Positions 24,535-32,697 of a DNA stretch of 64,000 bases are shown in pieces. This DNA comes from Terrimicrobiaceae bacterium (GTDB taxonomy: Bacteria > Verrucomicrobiota > Verrucomicrobiia > Chthoniobacterales > Terrimicrobiaceae), in contig JBGSVZ010000092.1 in NCBI GenBank assembly GCA_041752695.1, positions 113,250 through 177,249 of the forward strand. Direction: 5' to 3'. Each line of letters begins with the position of its first letter. Position 1 is the first letter of the stretch. The position numbers and the translations under genes are program-made. The notes under the pieces are model-generated. The model saw only the letters and a program-made list of their open reading frames with translations, did no database searches and had not been told where the DNA came from.

Positions 24535-24852
24535 CTAGTCCTCGTTCTTGTTTTCGGGCAGGGTGGCGAGGTAGGCCGCGATCTCGCGGATCTGGGCGTC
24601 GCTTAAACCGCGAGCCACCAGGTCCATGATGCCCTCGGGGGTCCGGCGGGTCCGCATTTCGGTCAGTTCCGAAATGATCTCGGACGGAGACTCACCGGTA
24701 ATCCCTTCGAACCCGGAGGAGGAATGACATTGGAAACAGGTCGAAGCCAGAAGGCGGCCGGAGGTGGACGCGACCACGGGTTCGGGCGGAGCGGCGTGTC
24801 CGGTCCACGGGACCGCCACCGCGACGAGGAGGAGGAGATTTGGAAACTTCAC
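24535..24852 (-). CDS. Monoheme c-type cytochrome, probable partner of FccB
   Basis: Signal peptide, GRLLASTCFQCH, IMDLVARGLSDAQIREIAAYL. GTG start at 24852. Confidence 0.85.
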   Translation of the reverse strand: MKFPNLLLLVAVAVPWTGHAAPPEPVVASTSGRLLASTCFQCHSSSGFEGITGESPSEIISELTEMRTRRTPEGIMDLVARGLSDAQIREIAAYLATLPENKNED

Positions 24853-24874
24853 GACGCGAACGTGCCGTTCGCAG

Positions 24875-24902
24875 ATGAACATTCCATGAACCGAACATGA
24901 AT
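24875..24902. promoter_or_regulatory. Three ATGAA(C/T) direct repeats at 11-bp spacing, candidate OmpR/PhoB-type binding site
   Basis: ATGAAC at 24875, ATGAAC at 24886 and ATGAAT at 24897, between divergent cytochrome and response regulator genes. Confidence 0.6.
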
Positions 24903-24961
24903 AGTTGTTCATTTTTGCTAATAATATCGCGGCGAAGAGGGGGGTGTTTCAGGATGGGGTG

Positions 24962-25636
24962 ATGCGAATACTGTTGGCGGAGGACGACCCGAAAACGGGC
25001 AAGTGGCTTCGCGAGGCAATGAAGGCCGAGGGGTGGGCAGTCGATCATCTGGCTGACGGTTTGGCCGCGCTTTCCGCCGCGCGCACCGCACCCTATGACG
25101 CCGCCGTGGTCGATGTGATGATGCCGGGTCGGGATGGTCTGGGATTTGTGGCCGATCTTCGCAAATCCGGTCAGTCCCTTCCTGTCCTGCTCATCTCAGC
25201 GCGTGGCGGGGTGGATGACCGGGTGGTCGGGCTTGATGCCGGGGCGGACGACTATCTGCCAAAACCGTTTGCCCTCCAGGAACTCCTGGCTCGTATCCGG
25301 GCGCTTTGCCGGCGAAATCCGGTTGTCTCTGAACAGGTGTTGCGTTGCGGTGATCTGGAGCTCGATGTTTCCCGTCACACGTTCCGGAGAGCCTCGCGGG
25401 AGATTCCGCTCACCGCGCGGGAGTTTGGGATCCTTGAGGTGCTGATAAAAAATGCGGGGCGCGTGTGCAGTCGGCCCATGCTGCTGGAAAAAGTCTGGGA
25501 TTTTCACTTCGATCCGGGCTCAAACATCGTGGACGTCTATCTCCGTCGCCTGCGCCAAAAGATCGATGCGCCGGGAGAGCCCAAGTTGCTCCATGCCATC
25601 CGGGGCGCCGGATATGTGCTCAAGGAGGAGGAATGA
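24962..25636 (+). CDS. OmpR/CusR-family response regulator
   Basis: MRILLAEDD, DVMMPGRDG, GADDYLPKPF, winged helix SNIVDVYLRRLRQKID. Confidence 0.93.
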   Translation: MRILLAEDDPKTGKWLREAMKAEGWAVDHLADGLAALSAARTAPYDAAVVDVMMPGRDGLGFVADLRKSGQSLPVLLISARGGVDDRVVGLDAGADDYLPKPFALQELLARIRALCRRNPVVSEQVLRCGDLELDVSRHTFRRASREIPLTAREFGILEVLIKNAGRVCSRPMLLEKVWDFHFDPGSNIVDVYLRRLRQKIDAPGEPKLLHAIRGAGYVLKEEE

Positions 25637-26760
25637 GTCTCCGATTCTCGATCAAGCGGGGATACATCGTCCTGCTGGTGTGTTGCGCGATGCTTTTTGC
25701 GCTATTGGCATTTCATGAGTTTGTTCTGGAACCCTCCGCTTATGCGGCGGGAGGAGCCGGGGCCGGAATGCCCAAGTGGGTTGCCATCGTGGAGCTCGCT
25801 ATCTACTGCTGCGTGCCCGTTATCCTCCTGGCCAGTTGGTTTCTCATCCGCCGCACTTTGCGTCCCCTGCATGAAATCGCCCGCCGGATCGACGCCTGGG
25901 ATCCGGAACGGGGGCTGACCGCCCTGGATAAAACCGACACTCCCGAGACCCTGGCGGTCGCCCAATCGCTGGCCCGCGCGTCGGAACGGCTCCGGCGCGC
26001 CTTTCAGGAAATCCGCGAATTCTCGCTCCGTGCCTCGCATGAAATCAAAACCCCTTTGACCATTCTGCGGGCACAGGCGGAAACCGAGGCCAGGCACGCC
26101 GAGTTGCGTTCCGACCCGCAGGGCGTCGCCCGGATGGAGTGTCAGATGGAGGAAATTGACCGTCTCGCACGGATGGTGGACAGCCTCGGGCTACTCTCGA
26201 AGGCCGACGCCGGCCTGCTCTCCCTCAACATCACCGCCGCACGTTTGGACGAGCTCGTGGAGGAATTTCTGGAGGACATCCGCGTCCTGGCCGAGCCGAC
26301 CGGTCTGGTGGTTCAGACGAAGATCGAAGAGCCGGTCTTCGCGTTTTTCGACCGCAAGAGAATGAGGCAGGTTTTCCTCTCTCTGGCGGAGAATGCCGTC
26401 AAATACAACACGCCGGGCGGAGTGATCGAAATCGGGGTTGGTGCGGCGAAAAAGGAAGCGGTGCTTTGGATTGAAAACACCGGGACTCACTTGGAAGCGC
26501 TGGAGTCTGGGAAAGTTTTTGAACCGTTTTATCGCGGGCGGCAAACTTCCCGGGAAATCGAAGGGGCGGGTCTGGGCCTGAGCATCGCCCGCTCGGTGAT
26601 CGAAGCCCAGGGAGGGCACATCACGTTCACCTCGGTGCGTTCCAGTCGCATTCGGGTGGCCGTGCATTTGCCTCCCGCTCCGGCGAGTGCCGAGGATACG
26701 GCCACCGTGCGCCGTTCGGTTCCCGTGCCCGGCGAACACGGGCTCGGCTCGGGCATCTGA
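25633..26760 (+). CDS. Membrane sensor histidine kinase (HAMP, HisKA, HATPase)
   Basis: Two TM helices with a very short loop, ASHEIKTPL, ENAVKY, GAGLGLSIA; ATGA overlap with the regulator. Confidence 0.9.
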   Translation: MSLRFSIKRGYIVLLVCCAMLFALLAFHEFVLEPSAYAAGGAGAGMPKWVAIVELAIYCCVPVILLASWFLIRRTLRPLHEIARRIDAWDPERGLTALDKTDTPETLAVAQSLARASERLRRAFQEIREFSLRASHEIKTPLTILRAQAETEARHAELRSDPQGVARMECQMEEIDRLARMVDSLGLLSKADAGLLSLNITAARLDELVEEFLEDIRVLAEPTGLVVQTKIEEPVFAFFDRKRMRQVFLSLAENAVKYNTPGGVIEIGVGAAKKEAVLWIENTGTHLEALESGKVFEPFYRGRQTSREIEGAGLGLSIARSVIEAQGGHITFTSVRSSRIRVAVHLPPAPASAEDTATVRRSVPVPGEHGLGSGI

Positions 26761-26783
26761 GCCCGGCCGCGCCCGTTTCGAGG

Positions 26784-26996
26784 CTAGGCGTTAACCAGGA
26801 AATGATTTCAGTCTGGAATTCCTGGCTTTTTGATCAGCACGGTGACGGGAACTTCCTTGGGAACCCCTGGCTGGCGGATCAGTTTGAGGCCCACCTCTTC
26901 GGGTCGGCGGTCAGCCTTGCGCGCATTCACCTCCTTGCAGGCAATCACGCAGTTTTCGAAGTTGCCTTCGCCTAGGGACAACCGCCGGCCGGTGTG
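26784..26996 (-). pseudogene. HNH endonuclease remnant
   Basis: Minus-strand translation HTGRRLSLGEGNFENCVIACKEVNARKADRRPEEVGLKLIRQP...GIPD*NHFLVNA*. No start codon, the DH-containing segment is absent, and there is an internal TGA. Confidence 0.75.
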
Positions 26997-27048
26997 GGAA
27001 GTCCGACTTGGAGAGGTAAAGACTAAGTCTTCCGGCAGACCGAAAGCC

Positions 27049-27705
27049 TTAGCGTTTCGTCTTTGGAGCGAGGCGCATCACCGAATCGTCAGCGATCGCC
27101 AGGAGGTATTCCTCCCGTCGCGGCCGCACGTTAAACCCGCCGGTGAAGGCGCCGAAGGCAGGGAGGATGCACTGGTTGGGGGACACCAGAAAGCAGGGTA
27201 CCCGAAGTCGCTGGCGCCCCGGTCCCTGCATGCGCGCTACGGGGTGGAGGTGACCGCAGAGGGTAAATTCTTGGGACTCCTCCGCTGGATGGTGTCGGAG
27301 TTTCCAGGGTCCAAGGGAAAATCCTTCGGGTTCCATTTTCAAACCGCATTCCCTGGCAATTTCGTCAGCGTGCCGGTCGTGGTTGCCCGCAATGACCAAC
27401 ATCTCGCAGCCGGTCTGGAGCTCCCGCCAGCGGCGGATGGCTGGGACGGATTCTGCGGCGTAGACGGAATGAAACAGGTCGCCGAGGATAACAAGTCGGC
27501 GGGCACGGGTGGTGCGGAGGAGTTGGGAGAGCCGGGTCAGGTTATCCTCGACGGCTCCCGGCGGGGTCCAGAGGCTGGCGGAGCGGAAGGTGGCGTCTTT
27601 GCCAAAATGGACATCGGCAATAAAAACCGTCTCTTCCCACACCAGCGCCCGTGAGGCGGTGGCGAGGACGCGGTGGCCCGCCAGATCGAGGGGAAGGTCA
27701 GGCAC
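27049..27705 (-). CDS. pdeM: Ligase-associated DNA damage response metallophosphoesterase (PdeM-like)
   Basis: ADVHFGK, LGDLFH, GNHD, GHLHP, LPAFGAFTGG; overlaps the end of the Lhr-like helicase. Confidence 0.85.
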   Translation of the reverse strand: MPDLPLDLAGHRVLATASRALVWEETVFIADVHFGKDATFRSASLWTPPGAVEDNLTRLSQLLRTTRARRLVILGDLFHSVYAAESVPAIRRWRELQTGCEMLVIAGNHDRHADEIARECGLKMEPEGFSLGPWKLRHHPAEESQEFTLCGHLHPVARMQGPGRQRLRVPCFLVSPNQCILPAFGAFTGGFNVRPRREEYLLAIADDSVMRLAPKTKR

Positions 27706-30178
27706 GGCGGGAGGAGGGAGACGCGGATTTTTCCATCACGACTTCCATACGTCGGATGCGGTCGGAGAGTTTTTCCGAACTGAGTTGCTGGCGCAGGCGT
27801 TCAACAAAAAGCGGGTAGGCGAGGGGAGAGGGAGACGGGATCTCCGCGAGGAGGAGGTTTTTGGTGCGCATGGCGGAGAGGGTCGAACGGAGGCGGCTTT
27901 CTTCGAGTTGGTTTTCCAGCACCTCCCGGGTGGCCTGCTGGAGAAGGCGGTTGGAGGGCTCGTAGCGTTCGAAGACATTGTATAGCAGTGAGGAGGAGAC
28001 CAGCAGTTGGCGGGTGGATTTGCGCGAGCGTCCCACGCCTTCCGGGGTGAGTCCCGCGATACGGGCGATCTCGCGAAATTGCCGACGTGCCAATTCCGCG
28101 GCGTTGATGCTGGCGAGAATGTCATCCACCAACTGGTTCTCGCTGAAAAGCCCGTCGGCGATGGCCTGCTCCAAGGGGGCTTCGTCAGGGGAGAGAAGTT
28201 CGAACCCGTAGTCGTTGACGGAGAGGGAAAAGGACAGCGGTCGTAATTTGGCCAGACGATAAGCGCAAAGCGTGGCGAGTCCTTCATGCACCAGTCGGCC
28301 TTCGAAGGGATAAATAAACAGATGGTGGCCTTCACGGGAAGTCAGGCGTTCGATCAGAAGGTCGCCGCTGCCGGGAATGTGGGAGAGGGCTTTCTGAATA
28401 TCCAGAATACCGCGCAGACGCTCCATTTCCGGCGTATCCAGGAGGCCGGCTCGGGCGGATTCCAGGCGTTCGCGCACGCCTTCTGAGAGCCGGCTGGAAA
28501 GCGGCAGCCTTCCGCCCATCCAGCGGGGCACCCCCCGCGGTCCGGCTCTGGCCACGCGGACCGTGGCACGGAGGTCTCGTACGCGAATGAGCTCCAGAGA
28601 TTTTCCGGCAAAAAGGAAGCGGTCGCCGGGCCGGAGTTTCGCGACAAAAGATTCCTCGACCGACCCCAGCCTCTGCCCGTTGGCAAATTGTACGCTCACC
28701 GAGGCTTCGCTTGTGATGGTTCCGATCCCCATGCGGTGCTGGCGGGCAAAGGCGTCGTCGCGTAAAACGAACTCGCCGTCCTGCTTTCGCAGCCTGACGA
28801 ATTGGGGGTAGCCGTGCAAACTGGCTCCTCCGCGCGCGGCAAAATCGAGCGACCATTGCCACTCGTCGTCGGTCACCGTGCGATAGGCGTGGGTGGTGCG
28901 GATTTCTTTCAAAAGGGTCTCTTCTGAGAACCCCGGGCTTCCGATTTCCATGCCCCCCGCGGCGACGGTGACCACATGCTGGCAGAGGACATCGAGGGGA
29001 TTGTGGAGCGGCGGGCGGTTTTCGATTTTGCCCGCCAGTGCGAGGTCGCGGGCGGCGGCTATTTCCACGAGTTCGAAGGTGTTGGCGGGCACACAATAAA
29101 TGGTGCTCTCGGCGCCGGGCTGGTGGCCGCTGCGGCCCGCCCGCTGCAAAAGACGTGCCACCCCTTTCGGGCTTCCGATTTGCAGCACGGCATCCACCGG
29201 GGCGAAATCCACGCCGAGGTCGAGGCTGGATGTGGACACCACTGCGCGGAGTTGCCCGGAGCGCAGACCCTCCTCGGCATGGGCCCGCACTTCCTGGGAA
29301 AGCGATCCATGGTGCAAGCCAATGCGGTCCGCCCAATCCGGCATCGCTTCCGTCAGCGCCCGAAACCAGAGTTCGGCTTGCGAGCGTGTGTTGGTGAAGA
29401 CAATGCTGCTGGCATGTCTGCGCAGGAGAGCAATGACCCCCGGAACCAGCTGGAGGCCGAGATGGCCGCCCCAAGGATAGCGGTCCTCGGCGGGCGGAAG
29501 AAGGGTGGTGATGGACAGTTTTTTCGCGATTTTCCCCTGCACAATCCGCATGGGCCTGGCGACGCCTTCCGGCAAGTATCCTCCCAACGCGGTGGCGGCT
29601 TCGGCGGTGTTGCCCAGGGTAGCCGACAGCCCCCAGAGGCGCGCAGCGGGAGCGAGGGAACGGAGCCGGGCGAGGGAAAGCTCCAGCAGGACGCCGCGTT
29701 TCGAAGAAAGGAGTTCGTGCCACTCGTCCACCACGACCAAACGAAGAGAGGCGAAATGCGGGAGGAAACCCGGCTGGCTGAGCAATAAACTAAGACTCTC
29801 GGGTGTGGTGATGAGCGTTTCGGGAGGTTTCTCCGCGATCTTTTTTCGGGTATAGGCAGAGGTGTCGCCGGTGCGTCGTCCCACTTTCCACGTGGGCCAA
29901 ATCTCCGCCGTCGGTGTTGCCAGGGCGTTTTCGGTATCTGTGGCGAGCGCTCGAAGAGGCGTGATCCAAAGAACCCGCATGCCACCGCCTTGGTCCCGTC
30001 GCCGGATCGCTTCCTCCAGGGCCGCGAAATAGACCGCGTAAGTTTTTCCCGTGCCTGTGGTGGAATGGAGAAGCCCGGATTCGCCCGCCAGAAACGCCTT
30101 CCCCGTCTCGCGTTGAAACGGAAAGGGTGTCCAGCCCTGCGCGCGGAACCATTGGCGGGGAGAGAGGGAGGAGGGCAT
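27698..30178 (-). CDS. Ligase-associated DEXH-box helicase (Lhr-core family)
   Basis: TGTGKT, ITPLRALA, DEWHE, SATL, HHGSLS, QRAGRSGH, MGIGTI, PFEGRLVHEGLA. Confidence 0.92.
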   Translation of the reverse strand: MPSSLSPRQWFRAQGWTPFPFQRETGKAFLAGESGLLHSTTGTGKTYAVYFAALEEAIRRRDQGGGMRVLWITPLRALATDTENALATPTAEIWPTWKVGRRTGDTSAYTRKKIAEKPPETLITTPESLSLLLSQPGFLPHFASLRLVVVDEWHELLSSKRGVLLELSLARLRSLAPAARLWGLSATLGNTAEAATALGGYLPEGVARPMRIVQGKIAKKLSITTLLPPAEDRYPWGGHLGLQLVPGVIALLRRHASSIVFTNTRSQAELWFRALTEAMPDWADRIGLHHGSLSQEVRAHAEEGLRSGQLRAVVSTSSLDLGVDFAPVDAVLQIGSPKGVARLLQRAGRSGHQPGAESTIYCVPANTFELVEIAAARDLALAGKIENRPPLHNPLDVLCQHVVTVAAGGMEIGSPGFSEETLLKEIRTTHAYRTVTDDEWQWSLDFAARGGASLHGYPQFVRLRKQDGEFVLRDDAFARQHRMGIGTITSEASVSVQFANGQRLGSVEESFVAKLRPGDRFLFAGKSLELIRVRDLRATVRVARAGPRGVPRWMGGRLPLSSRLSEGVRERLESARAGLLDTPEMERLRGILDIQKALSHIPGSGDLLIERLTSREGHHLFIYPFEGRLVHEGLATLCAYRLAKLRPLSFSLSVNDYGFELLSPDEAPLEQAIADGLFSENQLVDDILASINAAELARRQFREIARIAGLTPEGVGRSRKSTRQLLVSSSLLYNVFERYEPSNRLLQQATREVLENQLEESRLRSTLSAMRTKNLLLAEIPSPSPLAYPLFVERLRQQLSSEKLSDRIRRMEVVMEKSASPSSRRA

Positions 30179-30247
30179 TCTCCAGGAAAACGCCGCAGCC
30201 AGAGATTTGGTCGCCTTAAATTTGCTTTCAGCTGGACCCGCAGGGGA

Positions 30248-32593
30248 TCAACTGCGCGCGATGCGCAAGGTTGTGACCAGCGGCAAATGATCGGAAGCGA
30301 CCCGGGTGAGATGATTATTGGGCGCGAAAACGGTTTCTGGTGAAAAATGGGGTGACACGAAGATGTGATCCAATTGAGCGACCAACCGGATGGTGCTGAA
30401 CGTCCGCACGCCGCGTCGGTACGTGCCGGCCACATCGCGCAGACGGGAGGCGGCAAGTCGGTGCGCGGGGCTCCCTGGCGTGAGATTGAGATCGCCGCAG
30501 AGGATCACCGGCTCCCGGTCCAACACGTGACCGATCCATTCGTCGCCAAGGAGGGCCGTCATTTGTTGGAAGCGTTCCGCCGCCGTAAGTCCGAGGTGGG
30601 TCGCCAGAAGATGGAGAGAACTTCCGGGCGCCTGAATATGCAGCCAGAGGGCACCACGAGGTTCGGGCCACATCCCTCCAGGATGGGCGGGCAGGGGTGC
30701 GCATTTGATGATTTTGAAGGGCCAGCGGCTGAGCACGGCGTGACCGTAGCGCTCCTCGCCGCAGATCACCGTCGGACAGAACGCGAGAAAAAATCCAAGT
30801 TGCTCCGCGATCAATCCCGCCTGGTCTTCAGCGCGCGAACGGGCTTTTCCCTGGTCGAGTTCCTGCAGGGCCACGATGTCGACACGCTGTTGGTGGATTG
30901 CCCGGGCAATTCGCCGTGGGGAAATGCGGCCGTCCATTCCTCTGCAGCTGTGAACGTTGTAGCTCATGACGGTCACGCTTTCGTTTTTGGAATCCGTTAA
31001 CCGAGACTGCCCCGGCAAGGCTTCGCGGCCCAGGAGAGATCGGGCGGCCGCACGGAGACCGGATGGGCGGACGAAGTGCTCGGCACCTTGTGGGAGCAGC
31101 GTCCCAGGGGGTACAAGGAGGAAACCTTGCGTTTCCTCTAGGCCAGGACCGGCGTGCCCGCCGCGCTCTGGTGCGAAGGACCAGGATTTGTTCTCACCGC
31201 CCCAGCCGAGTAGGATGAGATCACCCGCGTTTTTGCTCCGGGCAAAAATTTGCAGATCGGTGATCAATTCCGCCCGGAGGGTCTCCGGATGGCGTGCGAG
31301 GGTAGGGGGGACCTCCTGGGACAAAAGCGTTTCGCCTTGCGCATCGTGCCAGGTGACTTCCCCGTCGCAGGAGACGCACAGAACCCCAGGAATGTGTTCG
31401 ACGAGACGCCGGGCGAGGGCCGTCTTTTGTGCGTCGTCCATAGGGTGGGGAAAGTAGAGATGCCCCACGGGCCCCATGGCAGCAAGGGCGAATGGTTTGT
31501 CTTGGGAAAACACGGCGGCCGGAGCTGTTCTTTGCGGGCGGAGGAGTGGGCGGCGGGGTGGCGAACGAAAGGGCGCGTCCTTCTCCCGTGCCAGGTCCAG
31601 ACAGTCGGAAACGATACCCTCAAGGCCTCCGGAAACTTCGGAGGCGATGGATCGCGTGCGCTCCTGACCATGATCGGAAAAGATCCACACCTGGTAATCC
31701 CGACGACGTGAACGGTGGGCTTCTCGCCAAAGTTTCTCAATCGCGATGTCGATTCCTCGGAGGGACCAATGCGCAAAGGCGGAGTGCGGCCCTCGGCGGT
31801 GCGAAAGTTCGTCGTATCCCAGGAAGTTGACATGAACGATGGGCAGACCCCTGGCGAGATCCACTCTGGCGCCAACGGTGACCACTTCGCGGAGGCCGAT
31901 GCCCACCCCCATGCGCGAAAGAAGCATGCCGAGTTCCATCAGCACATTGCGGCCTCTCAGGATGCCCATGACTGCGTCGCCCAGCCCCAGAATCAGCTCC
32001 AGCGCCACCAATACCAGGATGCGCAGCACCGCTGGAATCTCCAGGAGCAGAAAGAGGAAAAAGCTTCCGAATTTTCCCGTTCTCCAGAGGGTGGACAGGC
32101 CCAGGCTGGCCACGCAGAAATGGCTCTCATCCGGCGACGCTCCGCCTGTGTAGATGTTCGACCAGGAACTGCCGTCTTTCAGAAGCCCCTCTGCGTTTTC
32201 CGAGAACTTGCTTTCGAACGTCTTTGCCCATTCGGAGTCGAACATCGAGCCCATCTCGCCGCGTTCCCGATCTAGAAAACTGAACGCCGGAACCCCCGCT
32301 TGCACCCCGTAATAAAGTTCCGCTTGCACGGCGGGGGTGGTGGTCGGGGCTCCCGGGTAGAAGGTATGCAACGGACAACCGCGCTGGATCAGCCCCCGCA
32401 GAAACGGCATTCGATTTGAGGCCACGGCCGTTTCCATCTGGTGACGGGACAGACCGTCGATCTGAATCAGCAACAATCCCGGTTCTTCTCCGGTGTCATT
32501 CGAAACCGGCAATCCAAACCGGCGAATCGCCCATTCACTGCGGCTGAAACGGCGGCGCAAACGATGAAAAAACGATTCCAGGGTGGCCAGCAC
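30248..32593 (-). CDS. Fusion of an alkaline-phosphatase-superfamily domain and an endonuclease/exonuclease/phosphatase (EEP) domain
   Basis: N-terminal IQIDGLS, TTTPAVQ, YDELSH, FSDHG, GGHAG. C-terminal SYNVH, LQE, GDLN, LDHIF, SDHLP. Confidence 0.85.
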   Translation of the reverse strand: MLATLESFFHRLRRRFSRSEWAIRRFGLPVSNDTGEEPGLLLIQIDGLSRHQMETAVASNRMPFLRGLIQRGCPLHTFYPGAPTTTPAVQAELYYGVQAGVPAFSFLDRERGEMGSMFDSEWAKTFESKFSENAEGLLKDGSSWSNIYTGGASPDESHFCVASLGLSTLWRTGKFGSFFLFLLLEIPAVLRILVLVALELILGLGDAVMGILRGRNVLMELGMLLSRMGVGIGLREVVTVGARVDLARGLPIVHVNFLGYDELSHRRGPHSAFAHWSLRGIDIAIEKLWREAHRSRRRDYQVWIFSDHGQERTRSIASEVSGGLEGIVSDCLDLAREKDAPFRSPPRRPLLRPQRTAPAAVFSQDKPFALAAMGPVGHLYFPHPMDDAQKTALARRLVEHIPGVLCVSCDGEVTWHDAQGETLLSQEVPPTLARHPETLRAELITDLQIFARSKNAGDLILLGWGGENKSWSFAPERGGHAGPGLEETQGFLLVPPGTLLPQGAEHFVRPSGLRAAARSLLGREALPGQSRLTDSKNESVTVMSYNVHSCRGMDGRISPRRIARAIHQQRVDIVALQELDQGKARSRAEDQAGLIAEQLGFFLAFCPTVICGEERYGHAVLSRWPFKIIKCAPLPAHPGGMWPEPRGALWLHIQAPGSSLHLLATHLGLTAAERFQQMTALLGDEWIGHVLDREPVILCGDLNLTPGSPAHRLAASRLRDVAGTYRRGVRTFSTIRLVAQLDHIFVSPHFSPETVFAPNNHLTRVASDHLPLVTTLRIARS

Positions 32594-32697
32594 GTGATGA
32601 TTGTTGACGAGAGGATCGCAGGCCGCGCGACAATCGCGTCTATGGAATTGGGAAGCTTTGCCTTTGCGGATTTTTCCCCTACGGTCCGCCCGGCCTC

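Noticed and set aside
26830..27654. 274-aa plus-strand ORF
   Set aside because: Antisense to pdeM and the HNH relic, with no motifs.
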